From the NCBI GenBank assembly GCA_021432655.1, contig MU271229.1:69533-89532 (forward strand): 20,000 nt of DNA, read 5' to 3'. The stretch comes from Atractiella rhizophila. Its lineage: Eukaryota. Below the pieces are notes generated by a model. It worked only from the letters and a program-made list of their open reading frames with translations. It did no database searches and was not told where the DNA came from. This document shows positions 19,646-20,000 of this stretch, piece by piece. The translations under genes and the position numbers were made by a program. Position 1 is the stretch's first letter. Each line of letters starts with the position of its first letter.

Positions 19646-20000
19646 ATGCTGCTCTTGCTGCTACTGCCCCTTGTAGCCCACGCTACAGACTACACCGCAC
19701 TATCCACAGGCACCTTACAAACCCTTTCGCACAGCCTGCTCAACACCTCCCCATTAGAGGCACTCGCCGTATTAGATGTTCTGTTCGATAGAGAAGATGC
19801 AGAGAAACGGGATATAGTCTGCCGTAGAGCTAGAGTAAAAGAGAGGGTGAATGCACCAAGCTCGGTGCAGGCGTGGAAGGATTGCGCTCATTTTGGAGGA
19901 AGTAAAGCGGAAGTAGGTCTAATTTTGTTCAGTTCACTGTGATTGGGAGCGTCAATATTTCTCTTTCCTGCTGTTTTTTGAGACAGAACGGATCTAGACA
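19646..20000 (+). CDS. 5' part of a signal-peptide TPR protein, DNAJC3/P58IPK/Jem1-like ER co-chaperone; continues beyond the window
   Basis: Exon 1 is 19646-19912 (89 aa: signal peptide plus two degenerate TPRs), with donor GTAGGT at 19913. The next exon, seen in copy 1 (QLHISNIYLKQGLYDEA), resembles the third TPR of P58IPK ('LLLKQGKLDEA'). No J domain is visible in the window. Confidence 0.7.

Larger units (their letters stand above)
18509..20000 (+). repeat. Tandem duplication, copy 2 (runs off the right edge)
   Basis: Colinear with 16823-18326; net about 12 bp shorter over that span. Confidence 0.97.

Noticed and set aside
16823..20000. The two long direct repeats as retrotransposon LTRs or an rDNA/5S unit
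   Set aside because: They abut with no internal domain, lack TG..CA ends, contain host gene exons, and show no recognisable rRNA sequence.
16823..20000. RIP-like mutation between the copies
   Set aside because: Differences include many transversions and indels and favour synonymous sites rather than directional C-to-T changes.
1..20000. CRISPR arrays, operons, tRNA or rRNA genes, biosynthetic gene cluster
   Set aside because: Eukaryotic spliced genes; no repeat-spacer array, cloverleaf or biosynthetic backbone enzyme seen; neighbouring genes have unrelated functions.

Overview
Intron-dense fungal DNA (mostly 45-70 nt GT-AG introns with CTRAY-type branch sites), consistent with a basidiomycete. 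Hand-splicing gives five genes: (1) the 5' part of a Git3/cAMP-receptor-like GPCR (minus strand, runs off the left edge); (2) a ~15-exon DH-PH RhoGEF with a C-terminal coiled coil (minus, 7615-2515); (3) a complete 29-exon PDR/ABCG transporter (plus, 9368-15251) with a GC-AG intron and micro-exons; (4) a Lys/Ala-rich coiled-coil protein (minus, ~16954-15816); (5) the 5' end of a signal-peptide TPR protein resembling DNAJC3/P58IPK/Jem1 (plus, from 19646). The most notable structure is a diverged tandem duplication with a 1686-bp period (16823-18508, 18509->20000). It spans the divergent promoter and cuts both flanking genes at one junction. Exon differences between the copies are mostly synonymous (9 synonymous, 4 conservative), so the copies behave like two functional alleles: either haplotypes misassembled in tandem or a real duplication from divergent alleles. 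Three intergenic blocks of 0.5-1.1 kb remain unexplained. I found no clearly novel multi-gene system. Family calls come from motif recognition, not database searches.
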